Origin: Mobula hypostoma
Taxonomy: Eukaryota
Assembly: GCF_963921235.1 (NCBI RefSeq)
Contig: NC_086111.1
Location: forward strand, 54,870,001 to 54,934,000
Direction: 5' to 3'
DNA length: 64,000 nucleotides
The position numbers were made by a program, and so were the translations under genes. How positions within the stretch are numbered: the first letter of the stretch is position 1; each line of letters starts with the position of its first letter. The notes beneath the pieces were generated by a model that was not told where the DNA came from, made no database searches, and saw nothing but the letters and a program-made list of their open reading frames with translations. This document shows, in pieces, positions 39,241 through 50,135 of this stretch.

Positions 39241-39244
39241 GTAA
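39241..39244 (+). CDS. SELENOK: Selenoprotein K, last coding exon (completes Arg codon, then TAA)
   Basis: ctctttacag|G TAA gives the C-terminus GGUGR*. Total CDS 19+91+87+87+4 = 288 nt = 95 aa plus stop. Confidence 0.93.
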
Positions 39245-39382
39245 ATGCCTGCTTTCCAAAGCAGGCACCGGCTCATGCATTCACCGTGATGTGAGAAGAT
39301 TGGAAGAAACTGGAACTGTCAAGTTTTACTAATATGAAGGGGTGAATGCACTCGTCCATGCAGAAGTGTTGCCCTCTGTTAA

Positions 39383-39456
39383 ATGCAGCGGATAATGATG
39401 TTGTGCCAGGAATACCTGAATTCAAAGGTTCTGGCACAATGGAAATGCAACTGCAT
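39383..39456 (+). promoter_or_regulatory. SECIS element (type II) in SELENOK 3'UTR
   Basis: Helix I ATGCAG (39383-88) / CTGCAT (39451-56). Core ATGAT (39395-99) / GGAA (39441-44). Helix II GTTGTGCCAG / CTGGCACAAT. Unpaired AA at 39411-12. Apical mini-stem ACCT/AGGT. Confidence 0.95.
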
Positions 39457-39544
39457 GGTATCTCAAAAAAGATTTCAAGTATTTTCAGACTTGTATTTGA
39501 ATTGTCTTATATTGAACTGAACTGCTGTTCTTTGTCTTTCCATT

Positions 39545-39550
39545 AATAAA
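39545..39550 (+). terminator. Polyadenylation signal of SELENOK
   Basis: AATAAA about 90 nt downstream of the SECIS. Confidence 0.75.
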
Positions 39551-39884
39551 GTATTTAAAGTGTTGGCCTACAATAGTGTGCTAAAGATTAATACATTAAT
39601 ATTTTTATTAGCTACACTTGTGAAACCTGTTATGCTCAATAGCCTCCCTAAAGAAAAGGCAGATAAATTCCCATAAGTAAAATACAACTGCCTAACAATT
39701 AATGTAGTTTAACAAAAAATAAACACCAGAATGTACGCATGTACATACGAGTGTGTATATATAGGAGATACAATTGAAACGCAAATGCACTTACCATATA
39801 TCACTTCCAGGACTACCAACTCTTATAGTGCATACACGTTTCTGTGGTGTTTCACAGACAGCAACGCAAGCCCTTTGTCCCACA

Positions 39885-42800
39885 AGAACAGAAGAAATTA
39901 TGAACAGGAATAGGCCACCAGGTACCTCAAGCCTGCACTGCTAGTCATTATATTAATGGCTTTTCTATGCTGGCATCAACTCCCCTTTTGTGCCAGTTCT
40001 CTAATGTTATTTACCTGTGTAAAAATATGTTTAATGAACTGCTTCCACCATCCTCTAGCTGAGAATTCCAAAGATTCACTATCCTGAGGAAAGAAATTCT
40101 ATGTATCTCAATTTTAAATGACCAGCTCCTTGTTTGCCACTCCCCCACTAATGGAAACATCTCAACAGCTACCCAATGAAATGTTCTCATCTTTGAATAA
40201 GATAGCACCTCAAATCTCAAAGAGTACAGACCTAAACTATCCAGTGTCTCTGTGTTGGATATCCCAGGAATTAGCCTGATGAATCTCCTTCAAATTTCTT
40301 CTAGTAATACTATATCCTTTCTCAAAATAACTGCACAATATTCCAGGAGTGGCTTCATCTACATCTTGTACAACTTAAAGCCCAACTCTGCTATTTAGCT
40401 TATTATCTACTGATTAGGCCTGCTTGCAGATATTTAGATTCATACACACTAGAACAGATATATTTCTGGACTTTACACTTGTGCACTCTGCCTTTTCAAT
40501 AATGACCTGCTTTTTGATTTCTATTACCAAAGTCCTTGACCTCCCAATTCCCACATTAAACATCATTTGCCAGGTATTTCTGTAACCTATTGCTCAGTCA
40601 CAGTGTCCTCATCATAACATGTCCATAAGACCTAGGAGCAGAATTAGGCCATTCCATCATGGTTGATGTATTATCCCTCTCAATCTCATTTTCCTGCCTT
40701 TTCCCTGTAATCTCTGATGCCCTGATTAATCAAGGACTGATCAACCTCAGTCTTAAGTATATCCAATGACTTGACCTGAACAGCATCTGTGGCAAAGAAT
40801 TCCACAGATTCAGCACCCTATGGCTCAAGAAATTTTTCGTCATCTGTTCTAAATGGATATCCCTCAATTCTGAGGCTGTGTCCTCTGGTCCTAGTCTCAC
40901 CCACTATAGGAAAAATCCTCTCCACATATACTCTATCCAGACCCTTCAATATTTGATAGGTTCAAATGAGATTCTCCCCCCACCGCCCCACCATTCTTCT
41001 AAACTCCAACAAGTACATGCCCAGAGCCATCAAACATTCCTCATACATTAACCCTTTCATTCCTGGGATCATGCTCGTGAACCTCCTCTGGACTCTCCGG
41101 AATGCCAGCATATACTTTTTTAGATAATGGACCCAAAACTGCTCACAATACTCAAGTTCAGTCTGACCAATGCCTTATAAAGGTTCAGTACTATCCTTGC
41201 TTTTATATTCTAGTCCTCTCAAAATGAATGCTAACATTGCATTTGCCTTCCTTACCACCAAATCAACCTGCAAGTTAGCCTTTAGGGAATCCTGCATGAG
41301 AACTCCCAAGTCTTGCGGCATCTCCGAGTTTTGAATTTCTCCCTGCTTAGAAAATAGTATGGGCCTTTTATCCTCCTGTCAAAGCACATGACCGTGCACT
41401 TCCCTACATTATATTCCATCTGCCACTTCTTTGCCCATTCCCCCAATCTATCTAAATCCTGCAGACGCACTGCTTCCTCAAAACTGCCTGCCTCTCCATT
41501 TAGCTTCATTATCGTCCGCAAACTTGGCCATAAAGCCATCAATTCCTTCATCAAAATCATTGGCATACAGCACAAAAAGAAGTCTTCCCAACACAAACCC
41601 CTGCAACACACCACTAGTCACCAGCGCCTAACCAGAAAAGGGCCCCATACTTGAAATTAGCCCAGAATAGGCAGTTCCGGCCCTTCAGCCATGCCACCCA
41701 GCGACCCCCAATTTAACCCTAGCCTTACACAGGACGATTTACATTGACCAATTAACCTACCCTCCAGTACATCTTTGGACTGTGGGAGGAAACCCACGCA
41801 GTCAAGGGGAGAACGTACAAATTCCTTACAAGCCTCAGTGGGAGTTGAACCCACATCACTGGTACTGTAAAGTGTTGTGCTAACCACTATGCTACCATGC
41901 TATTCCTGGTATTGTTTGAATAAGCTATTTGAATATCAACTATTGTTCATTGACTGACTTGTCATTATTTTCCCAGCCCACCTTAGACAAATCCACCTTC
42001 ATACCATTCTAGTTTCCCTTATCTAAATTAAAGATAGTGGTTTTGGTTCTTGGTGTTCTCCCTCAGGTTACATCTTAATTATTACAGTTGTGGTCATTAC
42101 TTCCTAGCTGTGGATAACCTATTAGATCTCTTATTAATCCTTATTCACTGCACATGTTCAAATCTAAAGTAGCTTATTCCTGGGAAGATTTCATAACACA
42201 CTGCTCAAAAAGGAATCCCTAACACTGTACACAAAATCTTCCATGATTCTCTTGCCAGTACGATTCATTCAAATAATATGCACATTAAAATTTCACATAA
42301 CAATTGCAATTCTTTTTCCCCCATTTATGCTCTGCCCGATCAAGAGGTTACATTTTGAGGGCTCACAAAGTATTCCCACCTGATTGTTCTTTTCTCTGCT
42401 ATTCATGGGTTCAACCCAAACCAATTTTACATTATTATCCACTGCCTCTATATCACAACTCAACACACACAAAATACTGGAGGAACTCAGCAGGCCAGAC
42501 AGCATCTATGGAAAAAAGTACAGTTGACATTTCAGGCCAAGACCTTTTAGCAGGTTGCTTGGATTTCCAGCATCTGCAGATTTTCGCGTGTTTGCGATGT
42601 CACAACTCAATTTATTTTGATACCTTCCTTGATTAACAACAATATCCTGTCACCTTTTCCTTTGGTCTGTTACTTTGGAACACTGTATAACTTGGAATAT
42701 TGAGTATCTATTTTTGGTAACTGTGCAACCAAGTCTCTGCAAAACCTTTTAGATCATACTGTAAACTATCTTACTGCAAATCTGCTTGTATTCAAATAAA
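39885..42800 (-). mobile_element. Old CR1 with nested younger CR1 (about 40625-41650), V-SINE-like element (about 41660-41900) and Penelope fragment (42464-42599)
   Basis: RLQDLDRLGEWAKKWQMEYNVGKC motif, SINE head TAGCATAGTGGTTAGCAC on -, and TSD TCACAACTCAA around the Penelope piece. Confidence 0.7.
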
Positions 42801-43020
42801 AACCATTAAGCTGACTTTAGACTAACTGGATTTGTGTTGTGCTGCATGCTTTGTTTACATTTTCTGCCCAGTGCACCACATTTTGCCAATTCCCCACTTG
42901 TCATTGTGCTCTCATTTCCACTTGATTTATTAAGCATCCCATTCTTGGAGCCCTCCCACCTTCCTATTACAATGAAGTACAGGCTAAGCATTGGCTTTCA
43001 CACACTGTATCATCCATATA

Positions 43021-43870
43021 CAGTGCCTAAGTATTCAGCCCCTCCCCAGAAGTTTTCATGTTTTATTGTTTTACAATATTGAATCACGGTGGATTTAATT
43101 TGACTCTTTTGAAACTGATCAACAGAAAGGACTCTTCCATGTTAAAGTGAAAGCAAATCTCTACAAATTGGTATAAATTTATTACAATTATTAAACACAT
43201 AATTGATAGCATAATTACTCACCCCCTTCAAGTCAGTATTTAGTAGGTGCACCTTTGACAGCAATTACAGCCTTGAGTCTGTGGATAGGTCACTATCAGC
43301 TTTGCACATCTGGACACTACAATTTTTCCCCCATTCTTCTTTACAAAACTGCTCAAGCTCTGTCAGATTGCATGGAGATTGTGAATGAACAGCCCTTTTC
43401 AAGTCCAGCCACAAATTCTCAATTGGATGGACTCTGACTTGGCCACTCCAGGATATTAACTTTGTTGTTTTTAAGCCATTCCTGTGTAGCTTTGGCTTTA
43501 TGCTTGGAGTCATTGTCTTGCTGGAAAACAAATCTTCTCCCAAGTCACAGTTCTCTTGCAGAATGCATTAGGTTTTCCTCCAGGATTTCTCTGTACTTTG
43601 CTGCATTCATTGTCCCTCCACCTTCACAAGCATGCTAGGGCCTGCTGCAGTGAAGCATCCCCACAGCATGATGCAGCCACCGCCATGCTTCACAATAGGG
43701 ATGGTGTGTTTTGGACGATGTGCAGCATTTGACTTAAGCCAAACCAAGCATTTAGTCTGATGGCCAAAAAGCTCAATTTTGGTTTCATCAGACTACAGAA
43801 CCTTCTTCCAGCTGACTTTCAGAGTCTCCCACATGCCTTCTGGCAAACTAGCCAAGATGTCATGTGGCCT
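43021..43870 (-). mobile_element. Tc1/mariner DNA transposon, truncated
   Basis: TA|CAGTGCCTAAGTATTCAGCCCC TIR. DD34E catalytic remnants FQQDND.KH...EWPSQS...[13 protein letters not shown]. Confidence 0.9.
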
Positions 43871-46455
43871 CCATTCTGAGAAACAGCCTTCAACTCATCA
43901 CACTCCTACCTCCAAGTCAATTTTTAATCCATCTAACTAACTCGCCCTAGATTCCATGGGACTTGACCTTCTGGACCACCTTACCATTTTGGACTTTGTA
44001 AAAAGCCTTGCTAAGGTCCAAACGGAAAACATTCATTGTCCTACTCTCATCTGCTTTCTTGATTACTTCTTCATAATACCCTAAAAGGTTCTTTAAGTGT
44101 GAATTCCTACATACAAAGCCATGCTAACTCCTCCTAATCAGTCTCTATCTGTCCAAATGCTGATAGATCCTGTCTCTCAGGATTCCCTCCAGTAACTTGC
44201 CCACTACTGGTGTCAGGGTGACTGGCCCACTACTGGTGTCAGGGTGACTGACCCATAGTTCCCTGGCTTTTCTTTACTACCCTTTTTAAGCAATGGAATA
44301 ACCTTAGCCACTATCTGGTCTTCAGGAACTTCACCAGTGGCTAACGATGAAGCAAATATCACCACAATTTCCTCTCACTTTCCACAAATTCTGAGGATGC
44401 ACTCAGTTAGGCGTCATGGACTTGGCCACCCCAACACACTGTAAGGCTGCAGATATCTCCTCCCTGGTAATATGAATGTTCTATAAAACATCTCCATGTG
44501 TCTATTGAGCACCTATGATTTTCTCCTCAGTGAACAGAGGAGAAATATTCATTTAAAATACCACCCATCTCATGTAGCTCAACTCAAGGTAGACAGGGTT
44601 GTAAAGAAGGCTTTTGGCATCCTGGCATTCATAAATCAAAGTACTGAGTATAGGAGTTGGGGTGTTATGGTGAGGTTGTGTAACGCATTGGTGAGGCCAA
44701 ATTTGGAGTATTGTGTGCAGTTCCGAGTGCAGAGAAGATTTACTAGGATGTTGCCGGGTCTTCAGGAGTTGAGTTACAGGGAAAGATTGAATAGGTTAGG
44801 AGTTTATTAGACAATAGACATTATCCCTTGGAGCGTAGAAGAATGAGGGGGGATTTGATAAAGGTTTACAAAATTATGAGGGGTATAGATAGAGTATATG
44901 CAAGTAGGCTCTTTCCACTTAGATTAGGAGAGATAAATATGAGAGGACATGGCTTTAGGATGAAAGGGGAAAGGTTTAGGGGGAACTTCTTCACTCAAGA
45001 GAGTGGTGGGAGTGTGGAACGAGCTGCCATCTGATGTGGCAAATGCGGGCTCACTTCACTCTTAAATTTTAAGAATAAATTGGATAGATATATGGATGGG
45101 AGAGGTCTGGAGGGTTATGGACTGGGTGCAGGTCAATGGGACTAGCAGAATAACATTTTGGCACAGACTAGAAGGGCTGAAGGGGTGTTTTCTGTGCTGT
45201 AGTGTTCTATGGTGCATAGGCACCCCTGTTTATCTCAACAGGTATCTACTCTAGCTATCCTTTTACTCTTACATAACTATCGAACCTCTTGGGATTTTAC
45301 CTAACCTTACCCACAAAACCATCTCATACACTCTTTGCCCTCAAAATTCCCTCTTAAGAGTATTCCTAAATTTCTTAGTCATCAGGGGACCCAAGGACCT
45401 GTCCTATCTTTTTCTATCACTATCTTAAAACTAATAGAATTATGGTCACTAGAACCAAAGAGATCCCTGACTGTCACTTCATTTATTTGTCCTGCCTCAT
45501 TCCCTAAAATCCAGATCTATTATTGCACCCTCACCCTTTATATACTGACTCAGGAAACTTTGCTGGAGACATTTCACAAATTCCACCCCATCCAGACCCT
45601 TAACACCTTGGGAAATACCAGGGAAGTTAACATCTTCCACTAATACAGATCTATTGTTCTTACAACTGTGAGAAGCTCTTGTACACACCGCTCCCCAAGT
45701 TGCCTCTGACTACAGTGACCCTCCATTCTTGTTTCTCAGTTCCATCCATGTGGCCTTACTGGACGATCCCCTAAGAATGTCATCTCTAAGTACTGCTGTT
45801 ACATCCTTCTTTATCAAAAAGAGTGCACCCCCTCCTTGCTAACCTGTACCTCTGTCATGCCTGCAGCATCAGTGTCCTGGAATTCTGAGCTGCCAGTGTT
45901 GCCTTTCTGTCAGCCATGTTTGTGTTGTGTTATGGCTATAACATTCCCAGTCCTCAGTGCCAATGCGCACACACAGAGTTTGTTTGCCTTACCTGTTCAA
46001 CCTCAAGCATTGAAATAAATGCAGTTTAACTAAGTATTTCTTTCCCTGACTGTTCTGATTACTAGTCATGCTCTCACTGACTACTGCTTTATTCCTACTG
46101 CTCTACCAACATAGTTTAATCCCTTCAGTGTGACACCAACAAAAAGAAAAATATTGGTACTTCTCTGTTTCAAATACAATCTTGTATAGGTCACCTACCC
46201 AAGAAGAGATCCCAATAATCCAAGCACCTGATTCCCTATCCCCGCACCAGCTCCTCAACCATTTATCTGGTATGTTCTATTTCTGACCTTGCTGGCGCGG
46301 GACGATCACTATCCTCAAAATCCTGTTTCGTAACGTCTAACCCACATCCCAATACTCATTATGCAGTACTTCATCCTTGTTCTACATATGTCGTTTGTAC
46401 CAACAGGTACCACGACCTCTGGCTGTTCACGCTCCCCCAAGAGAATTTTCTGCAG
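43870..46455 (-). mobile_element. Degraded CR1 (ORF2 and ORF1 esterase remnant) with nested + strand CR1 3' piece (about 44575-45215)
   Basis: VVPVGTNDI (SGNH/GDSL ORF1) near 46400. VKKAFGILAFI...LVRPNLEYCVQF in the nested copy. Confidence 0.72.
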
Positions 46456-46719
46456 CCAGAGACATTTTTCGCAGTTTGCCCAGAATTGCACACGCATAGG
46501 GCAAGCAACAGTTTCTCTGCATTGTCTCACAGGTAACTGGCAAATCCTATTTATATTTTACTTTTTATCCCTTCAGCTTATTAAATGTAATTTCATACAA
46601 CTGGAGTTAAAGGAGGTAGTTTGACCCATTGAGGCAATGCTGCCTTGGTGATCGTCTGCTGTGGAACTTGAAGTTGCCAACCCCAGAGATACATATACTG
46701 TACACACTAACAAGCAGCA

Positions 46720-47190
46720 GCATACGCTAGGCACGGCGATAGAGAAGAATTAGCACCACAAAATACGTACGGGCGGAGAACAGCCGGCAGAAGCTATGTC
46801 TGAGACACACTCTGACAGGAAGCTACACGGACACAGAGGCTGTAGGACATACGGAGACAGGAAACGCTCGGTGGGGAAGGCACACTCGCCGAAAAACAGT
46901 CCCAACATTTTCGGGGAGACCTGGTAGTCCTTACCCAGACCTGGTCGTGAAAAAAAAAAATGACGCAAGTGGAACCGGACAACGGCAAAGAAAAAGAGAA
47001 GGAAAAGGAAAAGGAGCAACGCGGGGTGAAGCGGCCGATCGTCCCCGCCGCCATCCCAGAGTCCGTACTCGAGGTGAGTGCAAGTCGGCAAACCTGGTCC
47101 TCAATCATTCTGAGCCTTAACCATCCTCACTCTTGTCTCTAACTGACCCCGAGACACTCAGAACCGTAGCCTTCTAGGCCCCGTAACCAA
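46720..47190 (+). promoter_or_regulatory. CpG-island promoter / first exon region of ACTR8
   Basis: Dense CpGs around the ATG at 46960. Confidence 0.7.
46960..47073 (+). CDS. ACTR8: Actin-related protein 8 (INO80 subunit), coding exon 1
   Basis: MTQVEPDNGKEKEKEKEKEQRGVKRPIVPAAIPESVLE|gtgagt. Matches the ACTR8 N-terminus (EKEQRGVKRPIVP). Confidence 0.95.
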
Positions 47191-47268
47191 CCTGACTCAC
47201 TGCATCTTACGTTCCCTTCCCCTGCTTCCTAGTCTTTTTTTTCTCGCTTCTAAAGTTACTTCTTACCT

Positions 47269-47479
47269 CATCAAAGTTGCTGGTGAACGCAGCAGGCCAG
47301 GCAGCATCTCTAGGAAGAGGTACAGTCGACGTTTCAGGCCGAGACCCTTCATCAGGACTAACTGAAGGAAGAGTTATTAAGAGATTCCTAGAGATGCTGC
47401 CTGGCCTGCTGCGTTCACCAGCAACTTTGATGTGTGTTGCTTGAATTTCCAGCATCTGCAGAATTCCTCGTGTTTGCGG
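47269..47479. mobile_element. Palindromic Penelope-derived mini-element in ACTR8 intron 1
   Basis: 12-bp TSD TACTTCTTACCT at 47257-68 and 47480-91. Perfect 48-bp inverted repeat at 47269-47316 / 47385-47432. Confidence 0.88.
47322..47362 (-). ncRNA. Minimal (Penelope-type) hammerhead ribozyme motif
   Basis: - strand AGTC CTGATGA A GGGTCTCGGCCT GAAAC GTC GACT: intact CUGANGA/GAAA core, stem I AGTC/GACT, palindromic ACGT stem III. Confidence 0.7.
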
Positions 47480-48491
47480 TACTTCTTACCTGTTAGTTTT
47501 CAGTCCTGTCATTAGTAATTCTTTCCTCTCTTCAGGATAGCGTTGTGGTAACATATGAAGAGGCAGTTTGAGTTTTTTTTATTGGTTATCTTCTCTCTGC
47601 CAATCTCAGGTGCTTGCCCTCTGTGGGTTTGATTGCCAACTTCAAAGTGAGTGTTGCACAATTGAAAACAGACCGTGCTACTTCTGAGCACTTATTAAAG
47701 GAAACTTTAGAAGAATTTGCACATGATTGAGACTGAATATAGAGAAGCAGCGCTGTCCATCATAAGGAAGATGATTGTGATTATTGGAGGTTAATCTCAG
47801 CCTTGGAACACTGCTGAAGCAGTTTCTTTGAGCAGTATCCTAATTTCACACATTTTCAGCTGAGATCCACATAATTACAAGCTGAGAAAGAGAAATATTT
47901 GTATAACATTGGATAGTTTTTCCCAGTTGTTGCTCTTCAAATAATTTCAGGCTTTTCTGCAGCAACTAATGTAAACGGATAAGTGGCAAACAGCAGTTTT
48001 GGATTTCCTAAGGGTGTTTAATAAGATACCACATATAAATTGATTACTAATAATAATTTGCATGGATGGCAGATTAAATTAACAAACACACGGCAAAAAG
48101 TACGGATAAAATGTTCATTATCAGTTTGATAAGTGTAACCTACTTGGATAGCTCAGGGATTATTGCTGGGGCTTCAGCCATTTTCAATCTTTTATTCTGC
48201 TACTCTTACTGGCAGTTCTGGTCCACAGAAGTAAAAGCAAATCTTGAAAGAGTGTGGAGAAAATTTACAAGGATGTTGCTAGGATTTGAGGACCTGAGTC
48301 ATCGGGAAAGGTTGAATAGATTAAGACTTTATTTCCTGGAGCACAGGAAATGAGGGAAAATCTTATAGTGGTGTACAAAACAATGATGGGTTTAGATAGA
48401 ATAAATACATGCCTTTTCTCTAAAGTTGTATTTCACCTTTTCTCTGAGATTGAGTGAGACTACAACTAGAATCACAGGTTTAGGTTGAAAG

Positions 48492-49865
48492 GTTCAAAGT
48501 AAATTTATTATCAAAGTACATATGTCACCATATACAAACCTGAGATTCATTTTCTTGTGGACATTCTCAATAAATCCAATGACCATAATAGGATCAATGA
48601 AAGACCTCACCAACTGGACGTACAACCAGTATGCAATAGACAATAAATGGCAAATACAAAAAGGAAGAAATAATAATAATAAATATATTAGCAATTAATA
48701 TCCAGAACATAAATTGAAGAGGGAGGCCTTGAAAGTGAGTCCATAGGTTGTGGGAACATTTCAGTATTGGTTCAGGAGCCCAATAATTGAGGGATAATAA
48801 CTTTTCCTGAACCTGGTGGTGTGAGTCCTGAGGCTCCTGTACCTTCTGCCTGATGACAGCAGCAAGAAGAGAGAATAACCTGGGTAGTGAGGGTCCTTGA
48901 TGATGGAAGTTGCTTTCCTGCACCAACACTCCATGTAGATGTGCTCAATGGTGGGGAGGTCTTTACCAAGATAGACTGGGCCATATCCAATACTTTGTGT
49001 AGGATTTTCCATTCAAGGGCATTGATGTTTCCATACCAGGCTGTGATGCAGCCAGTTAATATACTCAGCACTGCAAATCTATAGAAGCTTGTCGAAGTTT
49101 TAGGTGTCACGCTGGATCTTCACAAACTCCTAAGAAGTAGAGGCACTACCATGCTTTCTTCATAATTGCACTTGTGTGCTGGGTCCAGATAGGTCCTTTG
49201 AAATGATAACACCGAGGTACTTAAAGTTGCTGATCCTCTTCATCTCTGATCCTCTGATGAGGACTGGCTCTGGACCTCTGGTTTCCTCCTCCTGAAGTCA
49301 ATAATTAGCTCCTTAGTCTTGCAGATCTTGAGTGAGAAGTTGTTGTTGTGGCACCACTGAGCCAGATTTTCAAATTCCTTCCAATATGCTGGTTTGTCAC
49401 CATCTTTGATTCGGCCGAGAATAGTGGTGTCATCAGCAAACTTAAATATGGCATTGGAGCTGAGCTTAGCCACTGATTCATAAATGGAAAGCAAGTAGAG
49501 CAGAGGACTAAGCACACAGCCTTGTGGTGCACCTACACCAACAGAGATTGTGGAGTAGGCGTTGTTGCCAATCCAAACTGACTGGGGTCTACAAGTGAAG
49601 AAATTGAAGATCCAATTGCACAAGGAACTGTTGAAGCCAAAGTCTTAACGCTTATTGATAATATTGAATGCCAAGCTGTAATTGATAAAGAGCATCCTGA
49701 TGTATGCATCTTTGCTGTCCAGATGTTCCAGGGTGGAGTGAAGAGCCAATGAGATGGCACCTGCTGTGGACCTGTTGTGCCAGTAGGCAAATTGGAGCAG
49801 ATCCTAGTTGCTTCTCAGGCAGGAGTTGGTATATTTCATCACCACCCTCTCAAATCACTTCGTCA
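48492..49865 (-). mobile_element. Rex/Babar-type LINE RT/3' part
   Basis: [13 protein letters not shown]...FKFADDTT...[11 protein letters not shown]; ILTGCITAWYGN; SGRRYRSLRTHTTRFRKS. Confidence 0.88.
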
Positions 49866-50135
49866 CTTTCAGAACAGAAGTGCGAAGAAATTTTTTTAGT
49901 CAGAGGGTGGTGAATCTATGGAATTTGTTGCCACGGGCAGCAGTGGAGGCCAAGTCATTGGGTGTATTTAAGGCAGAGATTGATAGGCATCTGAGTAGCC
50001 AGGGCATCAAAGGTTATGGTGAGAAGGTGGGGGAGTGGGACTAAATGGGAGAATGGATCAGCTCATGATAAAATGGCGGAGCAGACTCGATGGGCCGAAT
50101 GGCTGACTTCTGCTCCTTCGTCTTATGGTCTTATG
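49866..50135 (+). mobile_element. Short CR1 3' end
   Basis: FRTEVRRNFFSQRVVNLWN...GYGEKVGEWD, near-identical to the 3' end of the 18464-21716 copy. Confidence 0.85.

Noticed and set aside
44199-44250. 26-bp direct repeat (and the 44-bp repeat at 27950) as CRISPR-like arrays
   Set aside because: Only two adjacent units without spacers, inside LINE remnants in a eukaryote; simple tandem duplications.
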